This document shows, piece after piece, positions 27,153 to 36,576 of a DNA stretch of 64,000 nt. The number at the start of each line of letters is the position of its first letter. Position 1 is the first letter of the stretch. The DNA lies in IMG/VR virus record IMGVR_UViG_3300028392_002123. The stretch is one strand, 5' to 3'. The translations under genes and the position numbers were made by a program. This DNA comes from a virus (Duplodnaviria > Caudoviricetes). Below the pieces are notes generated by a model. It ran no database searches. It saw only the letters and a list, made by a program, of their open reading frames with translations, and had not been told where the DNA came from.

Positions 27153-28608
27153 TGCTTAACTCACGCTCAACTTGTTTAACCCAAGCACTGACATCGCTGG
27201 TACCTATTTCTTCTACATCACCTACAAAGTCGGCAACACCGTCAATGGCCTGCATAATTCTTTCAGGTCCGTATTTTAATAGTAAATCATGATGGCCGCT
27301 TAAGATACGACGAGTAATAGCACTGACCACTGGATTAACAGCGTCGTTGCTTTCTGGTACTATTTCTTCTTTCTTCAATGCCTGTCTGCCATATTTCAAT
27401 GATGGTAGAACCGAAGGATGCAATTTCTGTTGAATTATAGAAGCAACAAAAGAATTTTTCTTTTCTTTGTTTTCTTTATTGCCTTCCGCCACACCTTGTT
27501 CACTGTGTCTAATATCAGGATTATCAATTTGTTCTGCCACGCTGTTTAAGTGATCATTGGCCACAGTAATATAACTATACATCCAACCGTCTAGACTAGT
27601 ACCTTGTTCTAAAACTTGTTTGATCTTCATTATATTTTCAAGAATAGCATTTACTTCACCATGTGCCATGCCATCAATTTCTTGATCTTCTGTTACACCT
27701 TGCTGTTTGCGACGAGCAAGTTCGCGAGCAACTGCTTTTAACTGTTGAGCAAACACAGGACTTTGACCTTGTTCGTCTTTGTGACTATTCCATAATCTTT
27801 GTAATTTTTCTGTGGGAACCTTTGACAAGTCCGCATTTTCATAGACACTTTCGTTGTGACTCTTTTTATTTTTATTGTCCAAATAACCACGCTTGTTTAG
27901 TGTAGCCCAAGCAATGTTTTCTGCATCTTTACTGCTGTGGCCTGCTTGTTTTTCGCTTTTTGCAATGTGTCCGGCCATACGGTCTACTTTAGCACCTTCG
28001 CTGACAGGAGCGCCAGTTAATGACACAGTCCATGTTTTACCAGAACTAGCAGATTTTTTCTCTGCCCATTTTTTCATGTTGTTTAAATAATTACGTTCTT
28101 CCGCACTATCGGCATAACCTTTGCCTATGATAACTTTCCAAGGTCTGCCGTTGATACTAATTTGAATATTATTTTGTTCGTGACCTAGTTCGTGCTGTAG
28201 TTCTTGACGTTTGAAATCTTGTTTTTGTTGTGCGCCTAATTTAGGTGCGTTAGGATCTGCAAAACCATGATTGTAATCTGCTTCATCTAATTCTTCACTG
28301 TTACTGCTGGTAATCTTTTTAGCTTTGGGATCAACACCTTTGATCATATTTTCTTCTTCATCAGTGTAAGCATAAGCAAATGGTTTGTCGCTGATTTCAT
28401 CATCACTGCCATTGGTTTGTTGTTCACCATCGTGGCCAGCAACATCTTTACCAAACTTATAAAAACCATAGAACTGGTCTCCACTGAGTTCGTGCATGCC
28501 TTTGATCGCGGCCTTATGATCCTTGTGCATGCCTTCGCTCATTGCATGACCTAATCCAGTTTCATTTAGCCATGCATTGTGCTTGTTGGATAGATCATTG
28601 ATTTTCAT
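27145..28608 (-). CDS. Multi-module putative internal-head polyprotein
   Basis: Start MKINDL (ATGA-coupled); short modules separated by LNE, MSE, LDE, VSE, GVTE, GVAEG, VPE. Confidence 0.7.
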   Translation of the reverse strand: MKINDLSNKHNAWLNETGLGHAMSEGMHKDHKAAIKGMHELSGDQFYGFYKFGKDVAGHDGEQQTNGSDDEISDKPFAYAYTDEEENMIKGVDPKAKKITSSNSEELDEADYNHGFADPNAPKLGAQQKQDFKRQELQHELGHEQNNIQISINGRPWKVIIGKGYADSAEERNYLNNMKKWAEKKSASSGKTWTVSLTGAPVSEGAKVDRMAGHIAKSEKQAGHSSKDAENIAWATLNKRGYLDNKNKKSHNESVYENADLSKVPTEKLQRLWNSHKDEQGQSPVFAQQLKAVARELARRKQQGVTEDQEIDGMAHGEVNAILENIMKIKQVLEQGTSLDGWMYSYITVANDHLNSVAEQIDNPDIRHSEQGVAEGNKENKEKKNSFVASIIQQKLHPSVLPSLKYGRQALKKEEIVPESNDAVNPVVSAITRRILSGHHDLLLKYGPERIMQAIDGVADFVGDVEEIGTSDVSAWVKQVERELSNG

Positions 28609-29690
28609 TTTTTGGCTCCAGTGTTGATACCACCTTGCCATTTCTTTTCACGATCCCATTTAACTCCCATGGCACGTTCTCTACGATTAGTACCTGCCTT
28701 GTCTAAACGATCGTCATCATGGTCTTTTTCGCTGCCGCCGTAGTTATCTGGATTAGCATGATGCTTTAAACCTGTGGCAGTTGGCTCGATGCGACCTTCT
28801 GCAATACCGCGTAGGCTGTCAATCCATTCACGAACTTTCTTGGGACGACCACGACCACGTTTTGGTGCATTGGCATCTGGTAGTGCATGTTTACGTGGAC
28901 GACCACGGCCGCGTTTGGTTGCATTAGCATCTGGTTCTGGACGAGTGCGTGGACGACCACGGCCGCGTTTTTCTGTAGCGTCGCTGGCAGGCGCTACACG
29001 TTTTTTCTTTCCAGGCTTTTCGTTGCCCCATTCATCATAGTTGTCTTCGTCATCATTGACTTTGTCACTTCGATAACCGTATTTCTTACCAACGTTGCGT
29101 TCGCTTTCTGGATCTTTGGCATTTTTCTTCATTGCGCCTTGCATACCTTTAAGCAAGTTCATGTCAAGACCTTCGTGCAAACTATCAAAAATTCCATTTA
29201 ATGCATTCAGGGAAGTTGCTTCTGCAGGACGATCCATGTCCATGCCTATTTGCATACCACCGCCTAGATGTGCATCTAATTGTTGTGTTACCCATTCGTA
29301 GGGATCACCTGTACGTGCCTTGGAAATGCCATATGGCATTTCACCATGCAACATGTAATAGTCAAACAATGCTTCATACAAGTCATCGGCTAATTCATCA
29401 CCCATTTTAAAGTCTTTGACTTCTTTGGGGAAACGACTTAAAATGTGTTCCAGTGTTTCTGTAGTTTCGTTGAGTTGGCCTAGTCCCTGTACAAATGCAT
29501 CATGTGTGCCTTGGTCTAAACTGGATTCATATAAACCGTAAACTTCTTTAACTTCCTTGGATTCTAATACTAATAGTTCTGTTCCTGCAAGAATAGTAGC
29601 GCCGGTGTTATAACGATGTGCTTCTACGATTTTTTTAATGTTGACACGCCCTTGGTGTGCATCATTGTCGAACATTTCAAATAGTTTCAT
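28605..29690 (-). CDS. Multi-module protein with three AT-hooks
   Basis: KRGRGRPR x2 and KRGRGRPK; leader MKLFEMFD. Confidence 0.8.
   Translation of the reverse strand: MKLFEMFDNDAHQGRVNIKKIVEAHRYNTGATILAGTELLVLESKEVKEVYGLYESSLDQGTHDAFVQGLGQLNETTETLEHILSRFPKEVKDFKMGDELADDLYEALFDYYMLHGEMPYGISKARTGDPYEWVTQQLDAHLGGGMQIGMDMDRPAEATSLNALNGIFDSLHEGLDMNLLKGMQGAMKKNAKDPESERNVGKKYGYRSDKVNDDEDNYDEWGNEKPGKKKRVAPASDATEKRGRGRPRTRPEPDANATKRGRGRPRKHALPDANAPKRGRGRPKKVREWIDSLRGIAEGRIEPTATGLKHHANPDNYGGSEKDHDDDRLDKAGTNRRERAMGVKWDREKKWQGGINTGAKK
28843..28970 (-). repeat. Three AT-hook-coding direct repeats
   Basis: cgtggacgaccacggccgcgttt at 28894-28916 and 28948-28970; variant at 28843-28862. Confidence 0.85.
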
Positions 29691-29701
29691 AATATTAACC
29701 T

Positions 29702-29887
29702 TTATTTGTTTTCAAGAACATTCTTTACCATACGAGGTTTACTAATGTCTGTGGATTCTTTTTTGGCCCTTTTGCGGGGCATATTGCGTTTCATAGGTAC
29801 AGAAAATATGTTTCCAGCTGGCGCGGCAGCAACAGCACCGCTGGCAGTAATACCCATGTCCTCGGCAATAATTTCTTTTATTTTCAT
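29702..29887 (-). CDS. Small basic protein with CTS-like leader
   Basis: MKIKEIIAE-D; ATAAATA at 29893-29899 upstream. Confidence 0.7.
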   Translation of the reverse strand: MKIKEIIAEDMGITASGAVAAAPAGNIFSVPMKRNMPRKRAKKESTDISKPRMVKNVLENK

Positions 29888-29922
29888 AGTATTATTTATC
29901 CAATATTAATCAATATTGAAAA

Positions 29923-31236
29923 TTATTCAATGCTGGCCAACTCAGCTAGAACAGGACCTTTTTCAATGTAATTCCTGCGAACTTTGCCGTTGTTTTCTGT
30001 TTTGTGTCTAACAGTGAGGAAAATCTTACCTGAGTTCTTGTCAATGATATCTACTCTTGGATTCTTAGTAGATTCATTGTAGACGCTGTCTAAGTTTATT
30101 TGTTTAAGTTTCTTGGCCAGTTGACTGAATTTAAGAACTTTATAATGACCGCTTTCAAAGCTTACTAGTTCTATGCTGGGGTCATTTAACGTGGCAAAAT
30201 AATCAATGCCATTGATAAATTTACGAACATACATATATTCTTCGTCGTCATAGTCACCACTGAGTAACTGCTTGAGCAACATATCTGCTTGTCTGTAAAT
30301 AAATTCTATGGCAGCATCTGCGCCCTGATCCTGATATATTTCATTGTATTCAGCTTCATAGGAATCTATCAAGATACCAAACTTTGCCCACAGTTCTTTC
30401 ATTTTACTAAATTCACTGCCACCCACTTGTCCCATTTGATCGCTGCCTGCTTTTAAGCTGATGTTTAGTTTACGTTTGTCAACACGACCGGTTTTAGGAT
30501 CTGTTACATAAACTTCAACGTCTGTTTTACGAGTCTTTTCTCCACTGACTCCATCGCTGACCACATTAATAATGTCGGGTTTACCGTTCATAAAGAAATA
30601 CTCGCTGTACTCCTGTGCTCTAGTACTGTTGGCATAGGCCAGCGCACTGGCCAGCAAATCATTTAATAACGGACGTTTTTTTGGATCCATGATGTCTCTA
30701 TATGGAGCCGCTTTTAATCTTAGAGTGAACTGTATTTTATCATTTACCACAGTACGACCTTTGTCTTTTACTTCTATGCTGTAGTTGTCTTCGCCGGTGT
30801 TTTTTAATTGATCTATTACTGCCCATACTTCAGGACCACCAACGTTGCCAATACCACTGCTGACTCTAGCACTTAATTTGGCAAACATTGCCGCACCTAG
30901 AATACCTTCTGCAATTTCACCTCTGTTGGCCACTTTATCTGCGGTAAGTCCAGTGCCGCCAAATTCTGCTGTTTTAGCAAAGCTTGACAGTGGTTTAAGT
31001 CCCTTGTTAGTCTGCACACTGATGGCACCGCGTAGTGTACCTTCATCGGCTAGCTGTTGTAGTCTCTCTGCTTCTTCGGGTTTGATCTTTACTTTACTGC
31101 CATCAACTAATTCAAACGTGCCGTTGTCTGTGATTTTAGCGATAAGAATGCCTAACTTTTCATAGTTACGTTTGGCCAACTCCGCTGGCGACAAATTAGA
31201 AGCTTCTAACAGTGATTTTATTTCAAGTAATCTCAT
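29923..31236 (-). CDS. Putative PD-(D/E)xK restriction-endonuclease-fold protein with CTS-like leader
   Basis: NRGEIAEG helix, KTDVEV...NISLK; leader MRLLEIKSLLE. Confidence 0.55.
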   Translation of the reverse strand: MRLLEIKSLLEASNLSPAELAKRNYEKLGILIAKITDNGTFELVDGSKVKIKPEEAERLQQLADEGTLRGAISVQTNKGLKPLSSFAKTAEFGGTGLTADKVANRGEIAEGILGAAMFAKLSARVSSGIGNVGGPEVWAVIDQLKNTGEDNYSIEVKDKGRTVVNDKIQFTLRLKAAPYRDIMDPKKRPLLNDLLASALAYANSTRAQEYSEYFFMNGKPDIINVVSDGVSGEKTRKTDVEVYVTDPKTGRVDKRKLNISLKAGSDQMGQVGGSEFSKMKELWAKFGILIDSYEAEYNEIYQDQGADAAIEFIYRQADMLLKQLLSGDYDDEEYMYVRKFINGIDYFATLNDPSIELVSFESGHYKVLKFSQLAKKLKQINLDSVYNESTKNPRVDIIDKNSGKIFLTVRHKTENNGKVRRNYIEKGPVLAELASIE

Positions 31237-31991
31237 AAATCGTAATAATATTCCCTAGGACGATGATCAACCATAACTAAGTTTTTATATTTATCGATAC
31301 TTCTGTCCATTAGGTCAATGTATTTATTAACATTTAAGTTAGTATCAAGTGTCAAAATCCATAGTATTTTTTTATATTTTGGATCGTACTCACTGCCATG
31401 ATAAGTTCTAACGTTATTCCAAGCAAATGAATTTGTATCATTTAAATCAGGAAAATGCATGGTTTTCCAGGGTGCTTCATCTTCTCGTATCCACAATGTT
31501 TCTCTGGGATTTTCGTCATAGAGTTTAATACGCATGGCCATTGGACAATCTACTAAACTGTCATCATCCCTGTGGTTTAAAATTTTATCAGTGCTGGACC
31601 ACATACGCCATAGGCCTGGTGTTGTCAAAGGAAAATATTCCATTAGTTGATCTTTTAATTCAGGGAATGTACCAAACACATCAACAACATGATTAGTCCA
31701 TACTTCGTCAACTTCTTGTGCGTTAATCGTTTTAAAATGACTGTTATAAACTCCATCTGGATTGGCTATGTTTGCTCTCTTTTTTGTCGCTACAGCACTA
31801 TTATTAAAATACCAATCAACAAACTTTTCATGATCGTCGGCCTTGATGCAAGGAATATCAAAGGGAACATAAAAATACTTTCCGTATGATTTTTCTAATC
31901 CTTCTGCGACCAATGAACCAATAGTTTTTCTAATAGGATCAGCCGATCTTCCCGCTATTACTCTTTCGCGCTGACCTTCATACATAGGCAT
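31233..31991 (-). CDS. Hypothetical protein, possible cupin/oxygenase fold
   Basis: NHRD (HxD) and later FAWNNVRTYHGS. Confidence 0.5.
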   Translation of the reverse strand: MPMYEGQRERVIAGRSADPIRKTIGSLVAEGLEKSYGKYFYVPFDIPCIKADDHEKFVDWYFNNSAVATKKRANIANPDGVYNSHFKTINAQEVDEVWTNHVVDVFGTFPELKDQLMEYFPLTTPGLWRMWSSTDKILNHRDDDSLVDCPMAMRIKLYDENPRETLWIREDEAPWKTMHFPDLNDTNSFAWNNVRTYHGSEYDPKYKKILWILTLDTNLNVNKYIDLMDRSIDKYKNLVMVDHRPREYYYDL

Positions 31992-31994
31992 AAC

Positions 31995-34460
31995 TTAATC
32001 TCTATGTAAGTCTGGACGGTTGGCACTCAACCAAGCTTTGGCATTAGCTAAATCATCAAATACTTTGCGTGTGACTCCACTGCTGTCAATGACATGATAG
32101 CGAACTTCTGTGCTGTCGTCTATGCGCTTACGTGTAACACGTTTAATGCCAGGTTCACCTTCCCTAACTGAACGCATACCTTCATCCACGGCATCGACTG
32201 CTTGCCCTAGAGCACTGACACTTTCTTTTTTAGCTGTTTTAGGAAACTGTGTTCTCAGTACCTGTTTTAAAATTGCCTGTGCTTGGGGATTGTTGGCCGG
32301 CAACATTTCTCTATCTAAAGCATAATATGCCCATGTAGTATAGCTGTTACTTTCCACAGTATTAACACCTGCACTTATATCCACTGATATTAATCTTGCT
32401 ATAGATTTTATTTGTGGAACCAAGGTCACAGTATAAAATTTGTCAACGGCTGTATCCTGTGCTTTTTTCTTTCTATCTTCATTTCTAAATTTAGCAACTA
32501 ATTTTGTTTTTGCCAAGTTGCTGTTTGTTTCAATATTGCTTACTGTGTACTGTTTGCCAAACTGTTGTTTTACTATATCTTCAACTGTCTTGCTACGTGA
32601 TACATTCCATATGTAGAATTTAAGCACAGGCAACCCTTTTGTTCTAATAAAATTGGCCGCTGTGCTAGCTGTTGTATCGGATGTAATTTCTGGTTTGTCA
32701 CCGGCCAGTTTGACCAATTTGGTTTTATATTCATTGGCGTATAAATTAGGATCGCTGGCAATGATCATAGCACGAATAAAACGACCAGCAGTATTATATA
32801 TGCCCGAAAAATCTGCTAGGTAATTGCCGCCGGCATGTCTGAAACTAATGTATTTGCCATTGTAACTGATACTGGCAGTATGTTGACGACTATAAGAAGC
32901 CACAATACCCTGTAACATTTTTTCATCAACTGTGTTGGTCTGTCTGGGTTTGTCAAATACAGTGGATTGTTTTTTACCTACCTTAGTTTGTATTGCGTTG
33001 TCGTCACTGGTGGCCACTGCCGTGGATAAGTTTTTAGTCACGCTGTCCGCATATCTATTATTCTCACGACCAAAGTAACGTAGTACATACTGATCGCCTA
33101 GGAATACTGCCAACTTCAATACATCTAACTTTTGTGGTATACTGACGTTGATGTGCAGGCCTGTTGAATTATTAGTGTATAATTTAAGCTCTTGTGCTAT
33201 AGTATAAAACTTTTTAAGAGCGTCGATGGCAGTGGCCGCAGGCAATGGTGGGCTGACAATCTCAGCACTACTTTCTGTTTCTTCATCATTGGGAGATAAA
33301 CTTCCATCTGGTTCCACGTACCAATCAGTTAGGTTTTTATCTTCTTCGTGATAGTCATTGAATATGTTTACTTTTGCGCCCATGGCTGCTTGTACTGCTG
33401 TGGCTATTACCTTGGATGCTTTGCTGTAATTTTCATCTTCATCGTAGCTGTCCCAGTAATCGTCATCTTCTTCATCATAGTCATCCAATCTTAATAATTC
33501 CCATGCAGACTCGGGGTCAGTGTAAGTGAATAAATTATTAAAGTTTCTTTCTACTTGTGCTGGTGTTAATCCCAGTGCAAATCTAAAAAGTTGTGGCCAG
33601 CCAATGCGGCTTACCATTCTTAGTTCATTTCCAAGCATTTCTAATCTGCTGCCGCCTCTAGAATTAAAATACATTAAACGGCCTAGTCGATTAGCAAATG
33701 TTAGCTGTGTTTCAATACTTTTATTTGTGGGCATCGGGCCATGTTCTTGTTTATATTTTTTTAGGAATTTTTTTCTGTCTTCTTCGGGAATTTTATAATA
33801 TACTTCAAGCACAGAATCTAGAATACCTGAATTCATATATGCCTTAAATGCTTCCTGCATATTTTTATAACCCTTTGAAGTATCTTTTAATTTAAATACT
33901 GCATCAAAACTCACCGGCTGTAGATTATCAAAGTCTAGATTATCACTGCTGAACGGGCTGTGTTCATCCAAAGCGTCTGCAATTTTCTTAGGAGTCATTC
34001 CAGTATCTTCAGCGTCCTTTTCACTGCCACCCATGTTAACTGTTTCTGCAGGAATACATACTTCAAATTCAAAACCTACTAGCACACCCTTGTCCTGGCC
34101 TGTGCTGATAGCCTTGGCAAATTCTCCAGGATTCATAGGAGCTTCGTCTAGTTCTTCTTCTTTGGTCAATGACTTTAATTTGTTCTGCTTTAACCAACGC
34201 TCGTAGTCTGCTACACTTCTGAATTCTTTCTTCTTAACATTTTGCTTGTCATGTTGATCGAACCAAGATCTCATTTTACTAGTATCTGTTGGATCTTTGG
34301 CATTTTCATCGCCGGCAAAAAAGTCGCGCATGGTTGCCAAGCTGGCTTCTTCAACTGCTTGTCTTAGTGCAGATCTATGGTCATTGTTATTTTCTACAAC
34401 AGGTACCTGAACAGTATCTTCTTTTATTTCTTGCTTGTTTATAAAATTATTAAATCTCAT
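31995..34460 (-). CDS. Amidoligase (COOH-NH2 ligase type 2) polyprotein, paralog A
   Basis: GFEFEV; VEPDGSL; EIVSPPL; TNNSTGLHINVS; ISFRHAGG. Confidence 0.82.
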   Translation of the reverse strand: MRFNNFINKQEIKEDTVQVPVVENNNDHRSALRQAVEEASLATMRDFFAGDENAKDPTDTSKMRSWFDQHDKQNVKKKEFRSVADYERWLKQNKLKSLTKEEELDEAPMNPGEFAKAISTGQDKGVLVGFEFEVCIPAETVNMGGSEKDAEDTGMTPKKIADALDEHSPFSSDNLDFDNLQPVSFDAVFKLKDTSKGYKNMQEAFKAYMNSGILDSVLEVYYKIPEEDRKKFLKKYKQEHGPMPTNKSIETQLTFANRLGRLMYFNSRGGSRLEMLGNELRMVSRIGWPQLFRFALGLTPAQVERNFNNLFTYTDPESAWELLRLDDYDEEDDDYWDSYDEDENYSKASKVIATAVQAAMGAKVNIFNDYHEEDKNLTDWYVEPDGSLSPNDEETESSAEIVSPPLPAATAIDALKKFYTIAQELKLYTNNSTGLHINVSIPQKLDVLKLAVFLGDQYVLRYFGRENNRYADSVTKNLSTAVATSDDNAIQTKVGKKQSTVFDKPRQTNTVDEKMLQGIVASYSRQHTASISYNGKYISFRHAGGNYLADFSGIYNTAGRFIRAMIIASDPNLYANEYKTKLVKLAGDKPEITSDTTASTAANFIRTKGLPVLKFYIWNVSRSKTVEDIVKQQFGKQYTVSNIETNSNLAKTKLVAKFRNEDRKKKAQDTAVDKFYTVTLVPQIKSIARLISVDISAGVNTVESNSYTTWAYYALDREMLPANNPQAQAILKQVLRTQFPKTAKKESVSALGQAVDAVDEGMRSVREGEPGIKRVTRKRIDDSTEVRYHVIDSSGVTRKVFDDLANAKAWLSANRPDLHRD

Positions 34461-34470
34461 TGTTATTCCA

Positions 34471-36576
34471 TTATGCCATTACTGGATAAACTTCATAGTT
34501 ACCATCGAAGTTATTTTCTCTTGCCCATAGTGCGGCCAATCTGTTGGCATCAGCCTGACTATTACCCACACCACGGAATCTATATACTTCGCGTCCTAGA
34601 CCATCAACCACTCGCCACTGTCCTGTAAAGTTACCGGCCGGGGATGCATTATTATTGGTACTAATAGTTTGATCATTATTACCAACTGTGCCTGCGGGTT
34701 GTGGATTACTTGCAGGAGCTCCGGTTGGTTCAACTGCCTGGCCGCCAACATGCCTAATACCAAACATAGCAGTGGCCTGTCCGTGTTGCAGGAGATGTGG
34801 ACCCATTCTAATATAATCCTGTAAATGTTCTAATGCTGTTGCATCGTCACTGACAAATCCAGTCGGCACACGTTCTACACTATTACCAGTTAATTTATTA
34901 TAAATTTCATAGCGTGGCGTATTATCTGCTTGATCGTAGGGTCTAACTGGTTTTGCAGTAATGTTTGTAGCATTAGCCCAGTCTGGATATTCTGCTCGTC
35001 CTTTTTCGATAGCTTCTTCTTTGCTGGTAGCAACAACTTCAACACTGGCACCATAGCCAGGACGTCCCACACTCCACCAATATTTTGTACCTGTTGGACC
35101 TTTCTTTAGTTTACGCTGTAATTGTGCTTGTTTGACAAAACTACGTAGTGCGGCCTGTGGCATTTCACCAGCACTATACTTGGCAAAGTATTGAATTGTA
35201 TCTGTTGAATCGTTGCTGGGAGTTAATAATTTATAAAGTTTTTTAGCATATTCTTCTTTGTATTTTGTTTCATCACAGGCGGCATCCAAGGCCACAACAA
35301 AACGCAACAAGGTATTGGTAATATTTCCTTCGTCGGCAGCATACTCTCCCAGCCAATCTCCGCCAGGACTGCGGAATTCAATATATCCTGTTTTTGTGTT
35401 GATACTAGTATATTTGCTGGTAGCTCCACTGTGAATAACTTTGCCAGCCAAGGTCGCTAGACCCTGTTTCATTTTGTCCAGGATAATTGCTACATCATCA
35501 GGGCGTTGAACAATACGTTCTTTGACAATGTCCACAGCACTCTTACAGTATGTATTGCCCAGCCTGCCAAATTTTTCTAGAATGTATTTGTCACCCAACA
35601 ACAATGCTAGTTTCGTATAGTCTAGCTTTTCCATGCTAAAATCAGGAACACTGACGTTGATGTGTAGGCCAGTGCTGTCATTGGTATAACAACCTTTGTT
35701 ATTAGCCCAGTTAACAACTTTGTCCAAGTCCGACAACATTTCATCTAGGGGTAAAGGCGGGCTAACAAATTCCAGGCCGCCGTCACTGCTGTCGTCTGGA
35801 TCTAAACTGCTGTCTGGTTCTACTACATAGTGTCCTGCTTCTCTGCGGCCGCCGTGATATCTATCGCTGGCATTTACTGGACGTCCTATCTCTCGACTAA
35901 ATTCATCTGCTACATCATCAACACTGATACCAGATTCTTGACTATGATAATGCGGCCAATTAATATCATAGTTACTTTCAACATCGGACATATTTTCTAT
36001 GCCTTCGTGTTCCAACCAATCACTTTCTAAGTCAGCATTACTATAAAAATCATCACGGAAATCATCTTCGGCATCTTCGTACCATGGACTAATTTGATCT
36101 TCTATTACTTTGTCCGTGGCCTTGGCAAAATCTTCTTTTGTTGGTTCGGGATACTCGCCGTCTTCATTGTGTTCAAGTTCTAATATACCGGCAATATCTT
36201 CGGCATTGGCGTTTTCTTTTAACCATCGATAAATGACTTCGCTCATGTCCGAATCCCAACGATCGTGTACCTGTTCATCCAGCCATCCATGATAGTCTTC
36301 CTGCATCTTATCGCGAAGACGTTCTACGTCTCTGCGACCATTATAATCACCATCATAGAAAAAATCGTAGGCATCCTGAATACTGCGAATACCTTCGTCG
36401 CTGTCATAGTCTGGCTCAGGATATTCGTCGTTGTCTCCTTGACTGGCACCAGGAACAATCATTTCAAATTCCATGCCAGCACGAGCATCAATGGTAGCGG
36501 CTATTGTTTTTAAATTAGATGGACTCATGTTGATCTCATCCAAGCGTTGTTCGTTGATAACGTCTAATAATTTCAT
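34471..36576 (-). CDS. Amidoligase (COOH-NH2 ligase type 2) polyprotein, paralog B
   Basis: GMEFEM; VEPDSSL; LEFVSPPL; TNDSTGLHINVS; IEFRSPGG; leader MKLLDVINE. Confidence 0.85.
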   Translation of the reverse strand: MKLLDVINEQRLDEINMSPSNLKTIAATIDARAGMEFEMIVPGASQGDNDEYPEPDYDSDEGIRSIQDAYDFFYDGDYNGRRDVERLRDKMQEDYHGWLDEQVHDRWDSDMSEVIYRWLKENANAEDIAGILELEHNEDGEYPEPTKEDFAKATDKVIEDQISPWYEDAEDDFRDDFYSNADLESDWLEHEGIENMSDVESNYDINWPHYHSQESGISVDDVADEFSREIGRPVNASDRYHGGRREAGHYVVEPDSSLDPDDSSDGGLEFVSPPLPLDEMLSDLDKVVNWANNKGCYTNDSTGLHINVSVPDFSMEKLDYTKLALLLGDKYILEKFGRLGNTYCKSAVDIVKERIVQRPDDVAIILDKMKQGLATLAGKVIHSGATSKYTSINTKTGYIEFRSPGGDWLGEYAADEGNITNTLLRFVVALDAACDETKYKEEYAKKLYKLLTPSNDSTDTIQYFAKYSAGEMPQAALRSFVKQAQLQRKLKKGPTGTKYWWSVGRPGYGASVEVVATSKEEAIEKGRAEYPDWANATNITAKPVRPYDQADNTPRYEIYNKLTGNSVERVPTGFVSDDATALEHLQDYIRMGPHLLQHGQATAMFGIRHVGGQAVEPTGAPASNPQPAGTVGNNDQTISTNNNASPAGNFTGQWRVVDGLGREVYRFRGVGNSQADANRLAALWARENNFDGNYEVYPVMA

